Notes: generated by a model from the letters alone, not told the origin. A stretch of DNA of 64,000 nt from Vicinamibacterales bacterium (GCA_035937795.1 DASZHO010000149.1:5185-69184); one strand, 5' to 3'. Positions 19,227 to 27,697 are shown, counted from the stretch's first letter. Translations and numbers: made by a program.

Positions 19227-22196
19227 ATGTCTGTGTCGACCCTGAAGTTCCACCTGGCGCCGAGTTCTCACGCGCACGCCCGGGAGCGGTTTGGTCCGAG
19301 CGACGAGCTCGAGCGCCAACTGAGACAAGCCATTCGCGGAGAAGTCCGATTCGACCGCGGCGCCCGCGCCCTCTACGCCACCGACTCGTCGAACTATCGG
19401 CAGATTCCCATCGGGCTCGTCGTCCCTCGAGACGAAGCGGATGTCGAAGCGACCATCCACGCGTGCCGCGCGCTCGGCGCACCTGTCCTGCCCCGCGGCG
19501 GCGGAACGAGCCTCGCCGGCCAATGCTGCAACGTGGCCGTCGTCATCGATTTTTCGAAGTACATGACGCGTCTCCTCCACCTCGATCCCCAGGCGATGAC
19601 CGCGCGCGTCCAGCCGGGCGTCGTGCTCGACCGGCTGCGCGACGCCGCTGAAGAGCATCATCTGACCTTCGCCCCCGATCCGGCGACGCACAGCCGGTGC
19701 ACCCTTGGCGGCATGATCGGCAACAATTCCTGCGGCGTGCACGCGCTCATGGGAGGGAAAACCGTAGACAACGTGCACGCGCTGACCGTCATGTTGTACG
19801 ACGGCACGAAGATGACGGTGGGGAAGACCTCGGACGCCGATCTGGAACGGATCATCGCGAGCGGGGGGCGGCAGGGAGAGATTTACGCCGGCCTCAGGCA
19901 GATTCGCGACCAGTACGCAGCGCTGATCCGGAGGAAATTTCCGCGGATTCCGCGCCGCGTGTCCGGCTACAACCTCGACGAGCTGCTGCCGGAAAACGGA
20001 TTCCACGTCGCGCGCGCTCTGGTGGGCAGCGAGGGTACGTGCGTAACCATTCTGGAGGCCGACCTCCGTCTCACCGCAAGCCCGCCGTTCAGGCGCCTGG
20101 TCGCCATCGGCTTTCCCGACGCCTTTGTCGCCGCCGACGCCGTGCCCGGCATCCTCGCGCACAAGCCGATCGGTCTTGAAGGGTTCGACGGGCAGGTGGT
20201 CGATTCGCTCCGCGTGAAGGGCATGCGGCTCGATGAATTGAAGCTCCTGCCTGCCGGCCGGGGAACGCTGCTCGTCGAGTTCGGCGCGTGGACGAACGAG
20301 GACGCCGACACGCAGGCGCGACAATTCGGACGGTGGCTCGAGAGCCTGAATCCGCGTCCCGCCCATCGCATCTGTACCTCGGGCGAGGCAGCTCAGGTCT
20401 GGATGGTGCGCGAGTCGGCGCTGGGCGCCGTGGCGATTCGGCCTGGGAAGAAGCACGGCTGGGAGGGCTGGGAAGACGCCGCGGTCCCGCCCGAGCGGCT
20501 CGGGTCCTATTTGCGCGCGCTGTTCGCGCTGATGCGCGAATACGGCTACGACAGCCCGCTGTACGGTCACTACGGCGACGGCTGCGTGCACATGCGGATC
20601 GATTTCGATCTGGAGAACGAGCCGGGGATTCTGAAGTTCCGGGAGTTCATCGATCGCGCGGCCGATCTCGTCGTCGGCCACGGCGGATCGCTTTCAGGGG
20701 AGCACGGCGACGGCCAGTCGCGCGGCGCGCTGCTGCCGAAGATGTTCGGGCCCGAGCTGATGGAGGCGTTCCGGCAGTTCAAGCGGTTGTGGGACCCCGA
20801 CAACAGGATGAATCCCGGCAAGCTGATCGACCCGCGTCAACCGCATCAGGACTTGCGCCTCGGCGCCGATTACCGGCCCGAGCGGCCGGCAACGCATTTT
20901 CGATTTCCCGACGACGAAGGATCGCTCGCCAACGCGACGCTTCGCTGCGTGGGTGTGGGAGCGTGCCGCAAGACCGAAGGGGGCGTGATGTGCCCGAGCT
21001 ACATGGCCACGCGCGAGGAAAAGCATTCGACGCGCGGCCGGGCGCATCTGCTGTGGGAACTGCTCCAGGGTGAAGTGCTGGAGAACGGCTGGAAAAACGA
21101 AGAGGTCAAGGAGGCGCTCGATTTGTGCCTCTCGTGCAAGGCGTGCAAGACCGAGTGTCCGACCAACGTCGACCTCGCGACGTACAAGGCCGAATTTCTT
21201 TCGCATTATTACGAGGGCCGCGTGCGGCCGCTGCAGGCATACGCCTTTGGCATGATCGATCGCTGGGCGCGCATGGCGTCGCATGCGCCGCGGCTGGCCA
21301 ACGCGCTCGGCCGCTTGCCGTTGACCCGCAGCATGGCCAATGCGCTGCTGCACCTGGCGCCCGAACGCAAGCTCCCCGAGTTTGCCTCGGCAACTTTCCG
21401 GTCGCGCCTGCAGGGCCTGCGAGGCCTGCAGGGCCTGCAAGAAATGACGGCGCAATCCGGCGGAACCGCCGCCGGTGCCGCCGCCGCGAAGGGCGATGTT
21501 CTCCTTTGGGCGGACACGTTCACCAACTACTTCCAGCCCCACATCGCCGCAGCTGCCTTCGACGTGCTGGCCGGCGCCGGCTTCCGCGTGCGTGTGCTCG
21601 ATCGGCATGTCTGCTGCGGACGGCCGCTGTACGACTTCGGCATGCTCGACATGGCGAAGCGCTATCTCAACGATTCGATGGACGCGCTGGCGGGGGAGCT
21701 CGCCGCCGGCACTCCCATCGTCGTCCTCGAGCCGAGCTGCGCCAGCGTTTTCAGAGACGAGGCGTCGAATTTGCTGCCGGACGACCCGCGATCGGCCAAG
21801 CTCAAGCGGCAGGTACTGCTGCTCGGCGAGTTTCTCGTCAGGCACGCGCCCGGCTATAAGCCGGCGCATACCCAGCGGAAGATGCTCGTACACATGCACT
21901 GCCATCAGCGCGCGATCTTCAATGTGAAAGACGAGGTCGCCGCATTGGCGGCCGCCGGCGGCAACGTGAAGCTCCTCGACGCGGGCTGCTGCGGCATGGC
22001 GGGCCCCTTCGGGTTCGAACGGCGCAGCTTCGAGGTGTCGCAGACGCTCGGCGAGCGCGTGCTCCTCCCGGCGGTTCGCGAGGCCGATGGCGACACGGTG
22101 ATCGTGGCCGACGGCTTCAGTTGCCGCGAGCAGATCGCCCAGAATACCGACCGGCGGGCTGTGCATCTGGCGGAAGTATTGGCGGGTCTGATGTAA
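19227..22196 (+). CDS. FAD-binding and Fe-S-binding oxidoreductase (YdiJ / GlcD-GlcF fusion-like 2-hydroxyacid dehydrogenase)
   Basis: 989 aa. N-terminal FAD_binding_4-type domain (PRGGGTSLAGQ), a central ferredoxin-type cluster (CLSCKACKTECPTNVD) and C-terminal CCG-type cysteine repeats. Confidence 0.9.
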   Translation: MSVSTLKFHLAPSSHAHARERFGPSDELERQLRQAIRGEVRFDRGARALYATDSSNYRQIPIGLVVPRDEADVEATIHACRALGAPVLPRGGGTSLAGQCCNVAVVIDFSKYMTRLLHLDPQAMTARVQPGVVLDRLRDAAEEHHLTFAPDPATHSRCTLGGMIGNNSCGVHALMGGKTVDNVHALTVMLYDGTKMTVGKTSDADLERIIASGGRQGEIYAGLRQIRDQYAALIRRKFPRIPRRVSGYNLDELLPENGFHVARALVGSEGTCVTILEADLRLTASPPFRRLVAIGFPDAFVAADAVPGILAHKPIGLEGFDGQVVDSLRVKGMRLDELKLLPAGRGTLLVEFGAWTNEDADTQARQFGRWLESLNPRPAHRICTSGEAAQVWMVRESALGAVAIRPGKKHGWEGWEDAAVPPERLGSYLRALFALMREYGYDSPLYGHYGDGCVHMRIDFDLENEPGILKFREFIDRAADLVVGHGGSLSGEHGDGQSRGALLPKMFGPELMEAFRQFKRLWDPDNRMNPGKLIDPRQPHQDLRLGADYRPERPATHFRFPDDEGSLANATLRCVGVGACRKTEGGVMCPSYMATREEKHSTRGRAHLLWELLQGEVLENGWKNEEVKEALDLCLSCKACKTECPTNVDLATYKAEFLSHYYEGRVRPLQAYAFGMIDRWARMASHAPRLANALGRLPLTRSMANALLHLAPERKLPEFASATFRSRLQGLRGLQGLQEMTAQSGGTAAGAAAAKGDVLLWADTFTNYFQPHIAAAAFDVLAGAGFRVRVLDRHVCCGRPLYDFGMLDMAKRYLNDSMDALAGELAAGTPIVVLEPSCASVFRDEASNLLPDDPRSAKLKRQVLLLGEFLVRHAPGYKPAHTQRKMLVHMHCHQRAIFNVKDEVAALAAAGGNVKLLDAGCCGMAGPFGFERRSFEVSQTLGERVLLPAVREADGDTVIVADGFSCREQIAQNTDRRAVHLAEVLAGLM
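21408..21443. repeat. 9-bp x4 in-frame tandem repeat inside the oxidoreductase gene
   Basis: ctgcagggc ctgcgaggc ctgcagggc ctgcaagaa, encoding LQG LRG LQG LQE in an inter-domain linker. Confidence 0.85.
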
Positions 22197-22264
22197 TATT
22201 CCACTACTCCCGGTCGTAAAGACTATTACCGACAGCAGGCATTGCAGCGGGGATCTGCGACACG

Positions 22265-24736
22265 ATGGCCGAAGCCCAATCAGTCGACGCGGCGGACTCA
22301 CAATCACCCGATGTATGGCTGCCCGTCCTGCTGCTGCTGTTTGTCGGCAGCGGGGCTGCAGCGCTGATCTACGAAATCGTCTGGTTCCAGATGCTGGAGC
22401 TCTACGTGGGCTCTTCGGCTGTGTCGGTGGGCGTGCTGCTCGGCACCTTCATGGGCGGCATGTGCCTGGGCAGCCTGCTTCTGCCGCGCGTGATTTCTCG
22501 CCGCCAGCATCCGCTGCGCGTGTACGCGCTGCTCGAGCTCGGCATCGGCGCCATCGGGCTGCTGCTGCTGGTCGTGATGCCGCTCGTCGGTCGCGTCTAC
22601 ATCAGCTGGGGCGGCTACGGTATCGCGGGGTTTCTGCTTCGCGGTTTCGTGGCGAGTATCTGCCTGCTGCCGCCGACGTTGTTGATGGGCGCCACGCTGC
22701 CGGCCGTGTCTCGATGGATTGAGACTTCGCCGACCGGCGTGGCATGGCTCGGATTCTTCTACGCCGGCAACATCGCGGGCGCGGTGTTCGGCTCGCTGCT
22801 GGCTGGTTTCTATCTGCTTCGCGTCTTCGACATGACGGCGGCCACGTTCGTGGCGGTTGGATTCAACGCGGTGGTCGGCGCGCTCGGGTTGCTGGTGGCG
22901 TCGATGTCGCCGCGCACGGCGGCGCACACACCAGAGACCGAGTGGCTGCCTGTGGCCGAACCGAAGCCGGAAGTGGCGACGGTGTACATCGCAATCGCCC
23001 TGTCCGGGTTCTGCGCGCTCGCCGCCGAAGTCATCTGGACGCGGATCCTGAGCCTGCTGTTCGGCGCCAGCACGTACACCTTCTCGATCATTCTGGCCGT
23101 GTTCCTGATCGGGCTCGGTATCGGCAGCAGCATCGGCGCGCTGATCGCAAAAAACATCGAGCGCCCCCGCGTGGCCCTCGGCTGGTGTCAGTTGTTGAAT
23201 GTCGGCGCGATTGCGTGGACCGCCTCCATGCTGCTGCGGTCGTTGCCGTACTGGCCCATCAACGCGTCGATCTCTGTCGACATCTGGTACAACTTCCAGC
23301 TCGATTTTGTGCGCGGCCTTTGGGCCGTGCTGCCTGGACCGATTTTGTGGGGTGCGAGTTTTCCGCTGGCTCTCGCGGCGGTGGCGCGCAAGGGACAGGA
23401 CCCCGGCCGGCTGGTCGGCGGAGTTTACGCGGCGAACACCGTGGGTGCCATCGTCGGCTCGCTGGCTGCCAGCCTGATGCTGGTGTACTGGTTCGGTTCG
23501 CAGCACGCGCAACAGGCGATGATGATCGTTTCCGGTCTTTCGGGCCTGCTGTTGCTCGCGCCGATTGAATTCAGCTCGACCCCCGGCAGGAAAGCCCTTC
23601 GCTGGGCGGCGCCCACCGCGCTGCTCGTCGCGCTGTTCTGCGCGGCCTATCTCGTCAGAACGGTGCCGACGATTCCCGGCATCCTCGTGGCGTACGGACG
23701 GTACGCCGCGACCTGGATCGGGCAGACCGGCGATATTTTCTACGTCGGTGAAGGACTGAACTCGTCGGTCGCGGTTTCGCGCCTGTCGAGCGGCGTCCTG
23801 AATTACCACAACGCCGGCAAGGTGCAGGCGTCCAGCCAGCCGCAGGATATGCGCCTGCAGCGGATGCTCGGCCATTTCACCACGCTCACGCCGAAGGACC
23901 CGAAGAAAGTGCTCGTGATCGGCTGCGGCGCGGGCGTGACCGCGGGGGCGGTGAGCGTCGATAGTCATGTCCAGAGCCTGACCATCGCTGAAATCGAGCC
24001 GCTGGTTCCTCGCGTCGTTTCCGCCTATTTCGGCGAGCACAACTTCAACGTCGTCCAGAATCCGAAAACGCACGTCACGATCGATGACGCGCGCCACTAC
24101 CTCTTGACGACGAAGGAGACGTTCGATGCGATCACCTCGGACCCGCTCGATCCGTGGGTGAAGGGCGCCGCCACGCTGTACACCCGTGAGTTCTTCGAGC
24201 TTGCCAAGCGGCATCTGAACCCGGGCGGCGCCGTCACGCTGTTCGTCCAGCTCTACGAGAGCAGCCCGGCGGCGGTGAAGAGCGAGATCGGCACCTTCTT
24301 CCAGACCTTCCCGAACGGCATCATCTGGGGCAACACCCACCAGGGCAAAGGCTACGACACGGTACTGCTCGGCCAGGTCGAGCCGACGCACTTCGACGTC
24401 GACGAGATGCAGGCGCGGCTCAACAAACCGGAATATTCGGCGGTGAAGGATTCGCTGCACGAAATCGGCATCAACTCCGCAATCGAGCTCTTCGCCAACT
24501 ATGCCGGCCAGGCCTCGGACATGAAGGAATATCTGGCCGACGCGCCGATCAATCACGACCGCGACCTGCGGCTGCAGTACCTGGCAGGGCTGGGCTTGAA
24601 TCTGTATCAAAGCGACGCGATTTATTCGGACATCTTGCGGTATAAACGATTCCCGGAAGGACTCTTCAGCGGCTCGGAGGCCACCATGCGCCAGCTGCGC
24701 GACGCCATTGCGAGCGCGCCAGGGAGTGAGCCGTGA
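22265..24736 (+). CDS. Membrane-fused spermidine synthase-like (polyamine aminopropyltransferase family) protein
   Basis: 823 aa. The first ~480 aa are polytopic membrane helices. The C-terminal part has a class I Rossmann motif (VLVIGCGAGVTAGAV) and a spermidine-synthase-like ITSDPLDPW. Confidence 0.8.
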   Translation: MAEAQSVDAADSQSPDVWLPVLLLLFVGSGAAALIYEIVWFQMLELYVGSSAVSVGVLLGTFMGGMCLGSLLLPRVISRRQHPLRVYALLELGIGAIGLLLLVVMPLVGRVYISWGGYGIAGFLLRGFVASICLLPPTLLMGATLPAVSRWIETSPTGVAWLGFFYAGNIAGAVFGSLLAGFYLLRVFDMTAATFVAVGFNAVVGALGLLVASMSPRTAAHTPETEWLPVAEPKPEVATVYIAIALSGFCALAAEVIWTRILSLLFGASTYTFSIILAVFLIGLGIGSSIGALIAKNIERPRVALGWCQLLNVGAIAWTASMLLRSLPYWPINASISVDIWYNFQLDFVRGLWAVLPGPILWGASFPLALAAVARKGQDPGRLVGGVYAANTVGAIVGSLAASLMLVYWFGSQHAQQAMMIVSGLSGLLLLAPIEFSSTPGRKALRWAAPTALLVALFCAAYLVRTVPTIPGILVAYGRYAATWIGQTGDIFYVGEGLNSSVAVSRLSSGVLNYHNAGKVQASSQPQDMRLQRMLGHFTTLTPKDPKKVLVIGCGAGVTAGAVSVDSHVQSLTIAEIEPLVPRVVSAYFGEHNFNVVQNPKTHVTIDDARHYLLTTKETFDAITSDPLDPWVKGAATLYTREFFELAKRHLNPGGAVTLFVQLYESSPAAVKSEIGTFFQTFPNGIIWGNTHQGKGYDTVLLGQVEPTHFDVDEMQARLNKPEYSAVKDSLHEIGINSAIELFANYAGQASDMKEYLADAPINHDRDLRLQYLAGLGLNLYQSDAIYSDILRYKRFPEGLFSGSEATMRQLRDAIASAPGSEP

Positions 24737-25812
24737 AAAAACCGCGCGTAGTCCTCGTCGCCGCCCTGCTCTTCGCCTCGTCTCTGGCAGCGCCTCCGGT
24801 CATCTCCCGGCTGCGCGGCGCCGAGTCGCTGCCTGATTCGATTTCGGATCAGGAATTCTGGAAGATGACGGCAGACTTCTCCGAGCCAGGCGGCTTTTTC
24901 CGGTCCGAAAACCTGCTATCCAACGAGGCCGGCTTTCCGTACATCCTGACGGATCTCGCCAAGGCCGCTTCGCCCGCGCGCGTCTACATGGGCGTGGGAC
25001 CCGAGCAGAATTTCGAGTACATCGCCGTGCTCAAGCCGAAAATGGCGTTTATCGTCGACATCCGGCGCGGCAATCTCAATCTCCAGCTGATGTACAAGGC
25101 GCTGTTTGATCTGTCATCCGATCGCGCCGAGTTTGTGTCCAGGCTCTTCTCGATACGGCGCCCGGCCACACTGAACGCCCTGTCGACGCCCGAGCAGATG
25201 TTCACGGCGTTCTCGAACATACAGAAAAGCGAGACGCTCTATAACGCCAACCTCAAAGCCATCGACGCCGACCTCATCGAGAAGCACCATTTCGCGGTCA
25301 CCCCCGAAGACCTCGACGCGATTGCCGGAGTGTACGAAGCGTTCTATACATTCGGACCCGACATTCGCTATTCATCGGGTCAGGGCGGAGGGTTCGGCGG
25401 CGGATTCAATCAGCCGAGCTACGCCGAACTGATGACGGCCGTCGACCTCGATGGAAAATTCCGGAGCTATCTGGCCAGCGAGCAGAATTTTCAGGTCCTC
25501 AAAGTTCTGGAAGCGAAGAATCTGCTCGTGCCGGTCGTGGGAAATTTCGGAGGGCCGAAAGCCATTCGTGCCGTCGGCAAATATGTGAAGGACCACGGCA
25601 CCGTCGTTTCGGCGTTTTATCTGTCGAACGTCGAGATGTATCTGTATCAGCAGGATTTGTGGACCGCATTCTGCCGGAACGTCGCCGCGCTTCCCCTCGA
25701 CGATACGAGCAGGTTCATCCGTTCCTCTCGAGGCGGCACCTCCTATGGCCGCGGGTTTGGCTTGAACCTTTCGCTCGGCGAAATGGCCACAGAGGTCAAA
25801 GACTGCCGCTGA
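24733..25812 (+). CDS. Secreted hypothetical protein, GTGA-coupled to the spermidine-synthase-like gene
   Basis: ORF 24733..25812. The GTG overlaps the upstream TGA. Signal peptide present. The segment VYMGVGPEQNFEYIAVLKPKMAFIVDI looks Rossmann-like. Family not recognised. Confidence 0.7.
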   Translation: MKKPRVVLVAALLFASSLAAPPVISRLRGAESLPDSISDQEFWKMTADFSEPGGFFRSENLLSNEAGFPYILTDLAKAASPARVYMGVGPEQNFEYIAVLKPKMAFIVDIRRGNLNLQLMYKALFDLSSDRAEFVSRLFSIRRPATLNALSTPEQMFTAFSNIQKSETLYNANLKAIDADLIEKHHFAVTPEDLDAIAGVYEAFYTFGPDIRYSSGQGGGFGGGFNQPSYAELMTAVDLDGKFRSYLASEQNFQVLKVLEAKNLLVPVVGNFGGPKAIRAVGKYVKDHGTVVSAFYLSNVEMYLYQQDLWTAFCRNVAALPLDDTSRFIRSSRGGTSYGRGFGLNLSLGEMATEVKDCR

Positions 25813-25910
25813 GGCCGTCGGCCGTCCCCGGCACCCGCCCAGGCGCACGCATCCGCCCAGGCGTATTTGTTGCTTGGAATCTCCTCTAAGTGCCCCCCAG
25901 ATGGGGTTTT

Positions 25911-25934
25911 AGACCGCAGGAGAGACCGCAGGAG
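25911..25934. repeat. 12-bp perfect tandem duplication that doubles a Shine-Dalgarno sequence
   Basis: agaccgcaggag (25911..25922) and agaccgcaggag (25923..25934), followed by atacac and then ATG 25941. Confidence 0.9.
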
Positions 25935-25940
25935 ATACAC

Positions 25941-26523
25941 ATGGCCACGATTGCGATATCGAAATGGACCAGAATCCCGACCCAGTCCCCCCAGGCAAGA
26001 GACGGCCAGGCCCGCGACGACCGCCAGTCTGTTGTTGTGCGGAGGCCGGGCGAAATGGGGTATCCCGACAACCCCTATTCCCGCGAGTTTTGTCGACGGG
26101 TCGAGCGTGAAGCGTCGCTCGGTGAGCGCGCCAGCACCGCCGCCCTGCTGCTGGGGCTGGCCGCCGTTGGCGGGTTCTTCCTCTACAACAGCCTGAACCA
26201 CCTCAAAACGCCGAGATGATGAGCGGCTATGCGGCCGGAAAAGGGGTGCCGGTCCCCAAGGCCGCCGTTTTGGGGTCTGGAGCCCTCATGGTCTTGGGAG
26301 GCCTGAGCCTGCTGCTGGGCGCCAAACCCAGGTCGGGACGGCCCTGATTGCCGGGTTTTTGGCGGCCGTAAGCCCAAAAATGCACGATTTTTGGAATCAA
26401 ACCGACCCGCAGGCGAAAATGACCGAACAGGTTAACTTCCTGAAGAAGATGGCGCTGATCGGCGGGGCCGCGCTGGCCGCCGCCGTCCCCGAGCCCTGGC
26501 CTCTTAGCGTGGGAAACCGATAA
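25941..26523 (+). pseudogene. DoxX-family membrane protein gene interrupted by two single-base frameshifts
   Basis: Three successive frames together give a DoxX-like protein. Frame 0 runs to the TGA at 26217..26219 (...TAALLLGLAAVGGFFLYNSLNHLKTP). Frame 2 covers 26216..26347 (MMSGYAAGKGVPVPKAAVLGSGALMVLGGLSLLLGAKPR). Frame 1 runs to the TAA at 26521..26523 (GTALIAGFLAAVSPKMHDFWNQTDPQAKMTEQVNFLKKMALIGGAALAAAV). Each junction (near 26213 and 26332) behaves as a 1-nt deletion. Confidence 0.5.
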
Positions 26524-26541
26524 TACCTGTAGGACGTCTAA
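26513..26541 (+). promoter_or_regulatory. ECF-type promoter copy 3: GAAACCG-N16-GTCTAA upstream of the zinc-ribbon ORF
   Basis: gGAAACCG ATAATACCTGTAGGAC GTCTAAGG. Architecture identical to the two copies at the sigma locus. The ATG lies 16 nt after GTCTAA, with AGGAG in between. Confidence 0.55.
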
Positions 26542-26557
26542 GGGAATAGGAGCATTC

Positions 26558-26716
26558 ATGCCAAGACGAACCAGCGCAGCTGTCGGGGTGGTCTGTCCCA
26601 GGTGCGGAATGCTCGCCGCGCGCATAATCGGCCGATCCGAGAGTCTGCCCATCATTTACCTTCAGTGCGAGGACTGCGGCAGAACCTCCGTGGCGCCGAG
26701 CGGCGAGCAGGCCTAA
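26558..26716 (+). CDS. 52-aa zinc-ribbon protein (CxxC-N25-CxxC), absent from the ORF track
   Basis: ATG 26558 lies 5 nt after AGGAG (26548..26552). Translation: MPRRTSAAVGVVCPRCGMLAARIIGRSESLPIIYLQCEDCGRTSVAPSGEQA. Stop TAA at 26714..26716. It has its own ECF-type promoter. Confidence 0.6.
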   Translation: MPRRTSAAVGVVCPRCGMLAARIIGRSESLPIIYLQCEDCGRTSVAPSGEQA

Positions 26717-27090
26717 TCGAGCAGTTCCGTCCGAGTCGATACCAGAACCCAACCCAGCCAACCCGCCAGCGCCGCGAGCACCAGCGGCGCCGGCGGAATC
26801 GCCCCGGCAATCGACCCCAACGCCCCTCCGGCACGTCGAAGTGTGTCGATGCCGGCTTCTAACCAGTCGCCCAGACGCGCCGCGTTCCACAGCAGCGCCA
26901 GGCCCAGAACGATAAGCACCGTTGCAGCGTCGTCCAGTTCGGCCAGCCACTTGGTACGGCCGTCCGCGGGAGACGCCTGGCCTTCCATCGCGCGGCGCAT
27001 GACGCGCGACGTGAAGTCGGGTGGCGCCCGCAACGCCGTGCGGCGCTTCAGCGCGTCTTCAAGCCGCTCATCCCAACCGGCAGGATTCAC
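26713..27090 (-). CDS. Putative membrane-anchored anti-sigma factor
   Basis: Lies immediately downstream of the ECF sigma gene. 125 aa with a cytoplasmic N-terminus (APPDFTSRVMRRAM, a motif common in anti-sigma factors) and two hydrophobic helices. GTG start at 27090. Confidence 0.6.
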   Translation of the reverse strand: MNPAGWDERLEDALKRRTALRAPPDFTSRVMRRAMEGQASPADGRTKWLAELDDAATVLIVLGLALLWNAARLGDWLEAGIDTLRRAGGALGSIAGAIPPAPLVLAALAGWLGWVLVSTRTELLD

Positions 27091-27124
27091 CGCGCCTCCA
27101 TGATATTCACCGCGCCTCCATGAT
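27085..27124. repeat. 20-bp perfect tandem duplication at the sigma / anti-sigma junction
   Basis: attcaccgcgcctccatgat (27085..27104) is repeated exactly at 27105..27124. Each copy contains the GTGA start/stop overlap and a GGAGG on the minus strand. Confidence 0.95.
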
Positions 27125-27655
27125 GAATGTTCGAAGTTTTTGCTTGGCGCGGCGAAGGTGCGTTTTCACCGTGCCGATCGGCATCTCGAAGATTTCCGCG
27201 AGCTCCTCGTAGCGCCTGTCGCCGAAATAATGGGCCGAGATGAGCAGGCGCCATCGATCCGGCAGCTGGGCGATGGCCTTTTCCAGCTCATCGCGCAACT
27301 CCAAATCGGTGAACGCCCGATCGACGACGGCGGGCTGATAGAGAGGCCGGTCGTCGGCGTCGCGCTCGTCAAGTGACCTCGCCTGCGGGTCCCTCGATCG
27401 CTCCTCGCAGCAGGCGTTCCTGACGATGCGATAAATCCACGTCGATAGCTTTGCGTCGCCCCGAAACGAAGGAAGGCCGCGATGGATCTTCAGGAAGACT
27501 TCCTGAGCCAGGTCGTCCACCCGCGAGCGATCCAGTACGACCTGCGAAATTACGCCGAAGACCAGGTTCTTGTAGCAGTCGACGAGCGTCTCGAAGGCCC
27601 TCTGGTCGCCAGCCCGGCACCGGGCGATGAGCTCCGTTTCCGAGGCATACTCCAT
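27107..27655 (-). CDS. ECF (sigma-70 family, group IV) RNA polymerase sigma factor
   Basis: ORF 27107..27709; the likely ATG is at 27655 (MEYASETELIARCRAGDQRAFETLV). Region 2 (DDLAQEVFLKIHRGLPSF) and region 4 (YEELAEIFEMPIGTVKTHLRRAKQKL) are recognisable. Confidence 0.9.
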   Translation of the reverse strand: MEYASETELIARCRAGDQRAFETLVDCYKNLVFGVISQVVLDRSRVDDLAQEVFLKIHRGLPSFRGDAKLSTWIYRIVRNACCEERSRDPQARSLDERDADDRPLYQPAVVDRAFTDLELRDELEKAIAQLPDRWRLLISAHYFGDRRYEELAEIFEMPIGTVKTHLRRAKQKLRTFIMEAR

Positions 27656-27666
27656 CCGGCACCTGA

Positions 27667-27695
27667 TTAGACAGGAGACTTCATGCCTTTGTTTC
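27667..27695 (-). promoter_or_regulatory. ECF-type promoter copy 1: GAAACAA-N16-GTCTAA upstream of the sigma gene (probable autoregulation)
   Basis: The minus strand reads cGAAACAA AGGCATGAAGTCTCCT GTCTAATC, then AGGTGCCGG and ATG 27655. Only 11 nt separate GTCTAA from the start codon. Confidence 0.6.
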
Positions 27696-27697
27696 GT

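Noticed and set aside
22304-24610. Very long ORFs antisense to or overlapping the called genes. Examples: 22304..24610 minus (768 aa), 31030..33405 minus (791 aa), 33583..35253 minus, 42059..44356 plus, 6153..7964 minus, 14005..15522 minus, 15703..17136 plus, 17234..18814 plus, 20694..22307 minus, 54736..56253 minus.
   Set aside because: Their translations are Arg/Ala/Gly/His-rich low-complexity strings with no recognisable motifs. Each lies opposite a gene with clear family signatures. Long open antisense frames are expected in GC-rich DNA because stop codons are AT-rich.
26205-26340. Programmed ribosomal frameshifting in the DoxX-like gene.
   Set aside because: Two separate shifts would be needed. 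No slippery heptamer or downstream structure is visible at either site. Mutation or sequencing error is simpler.
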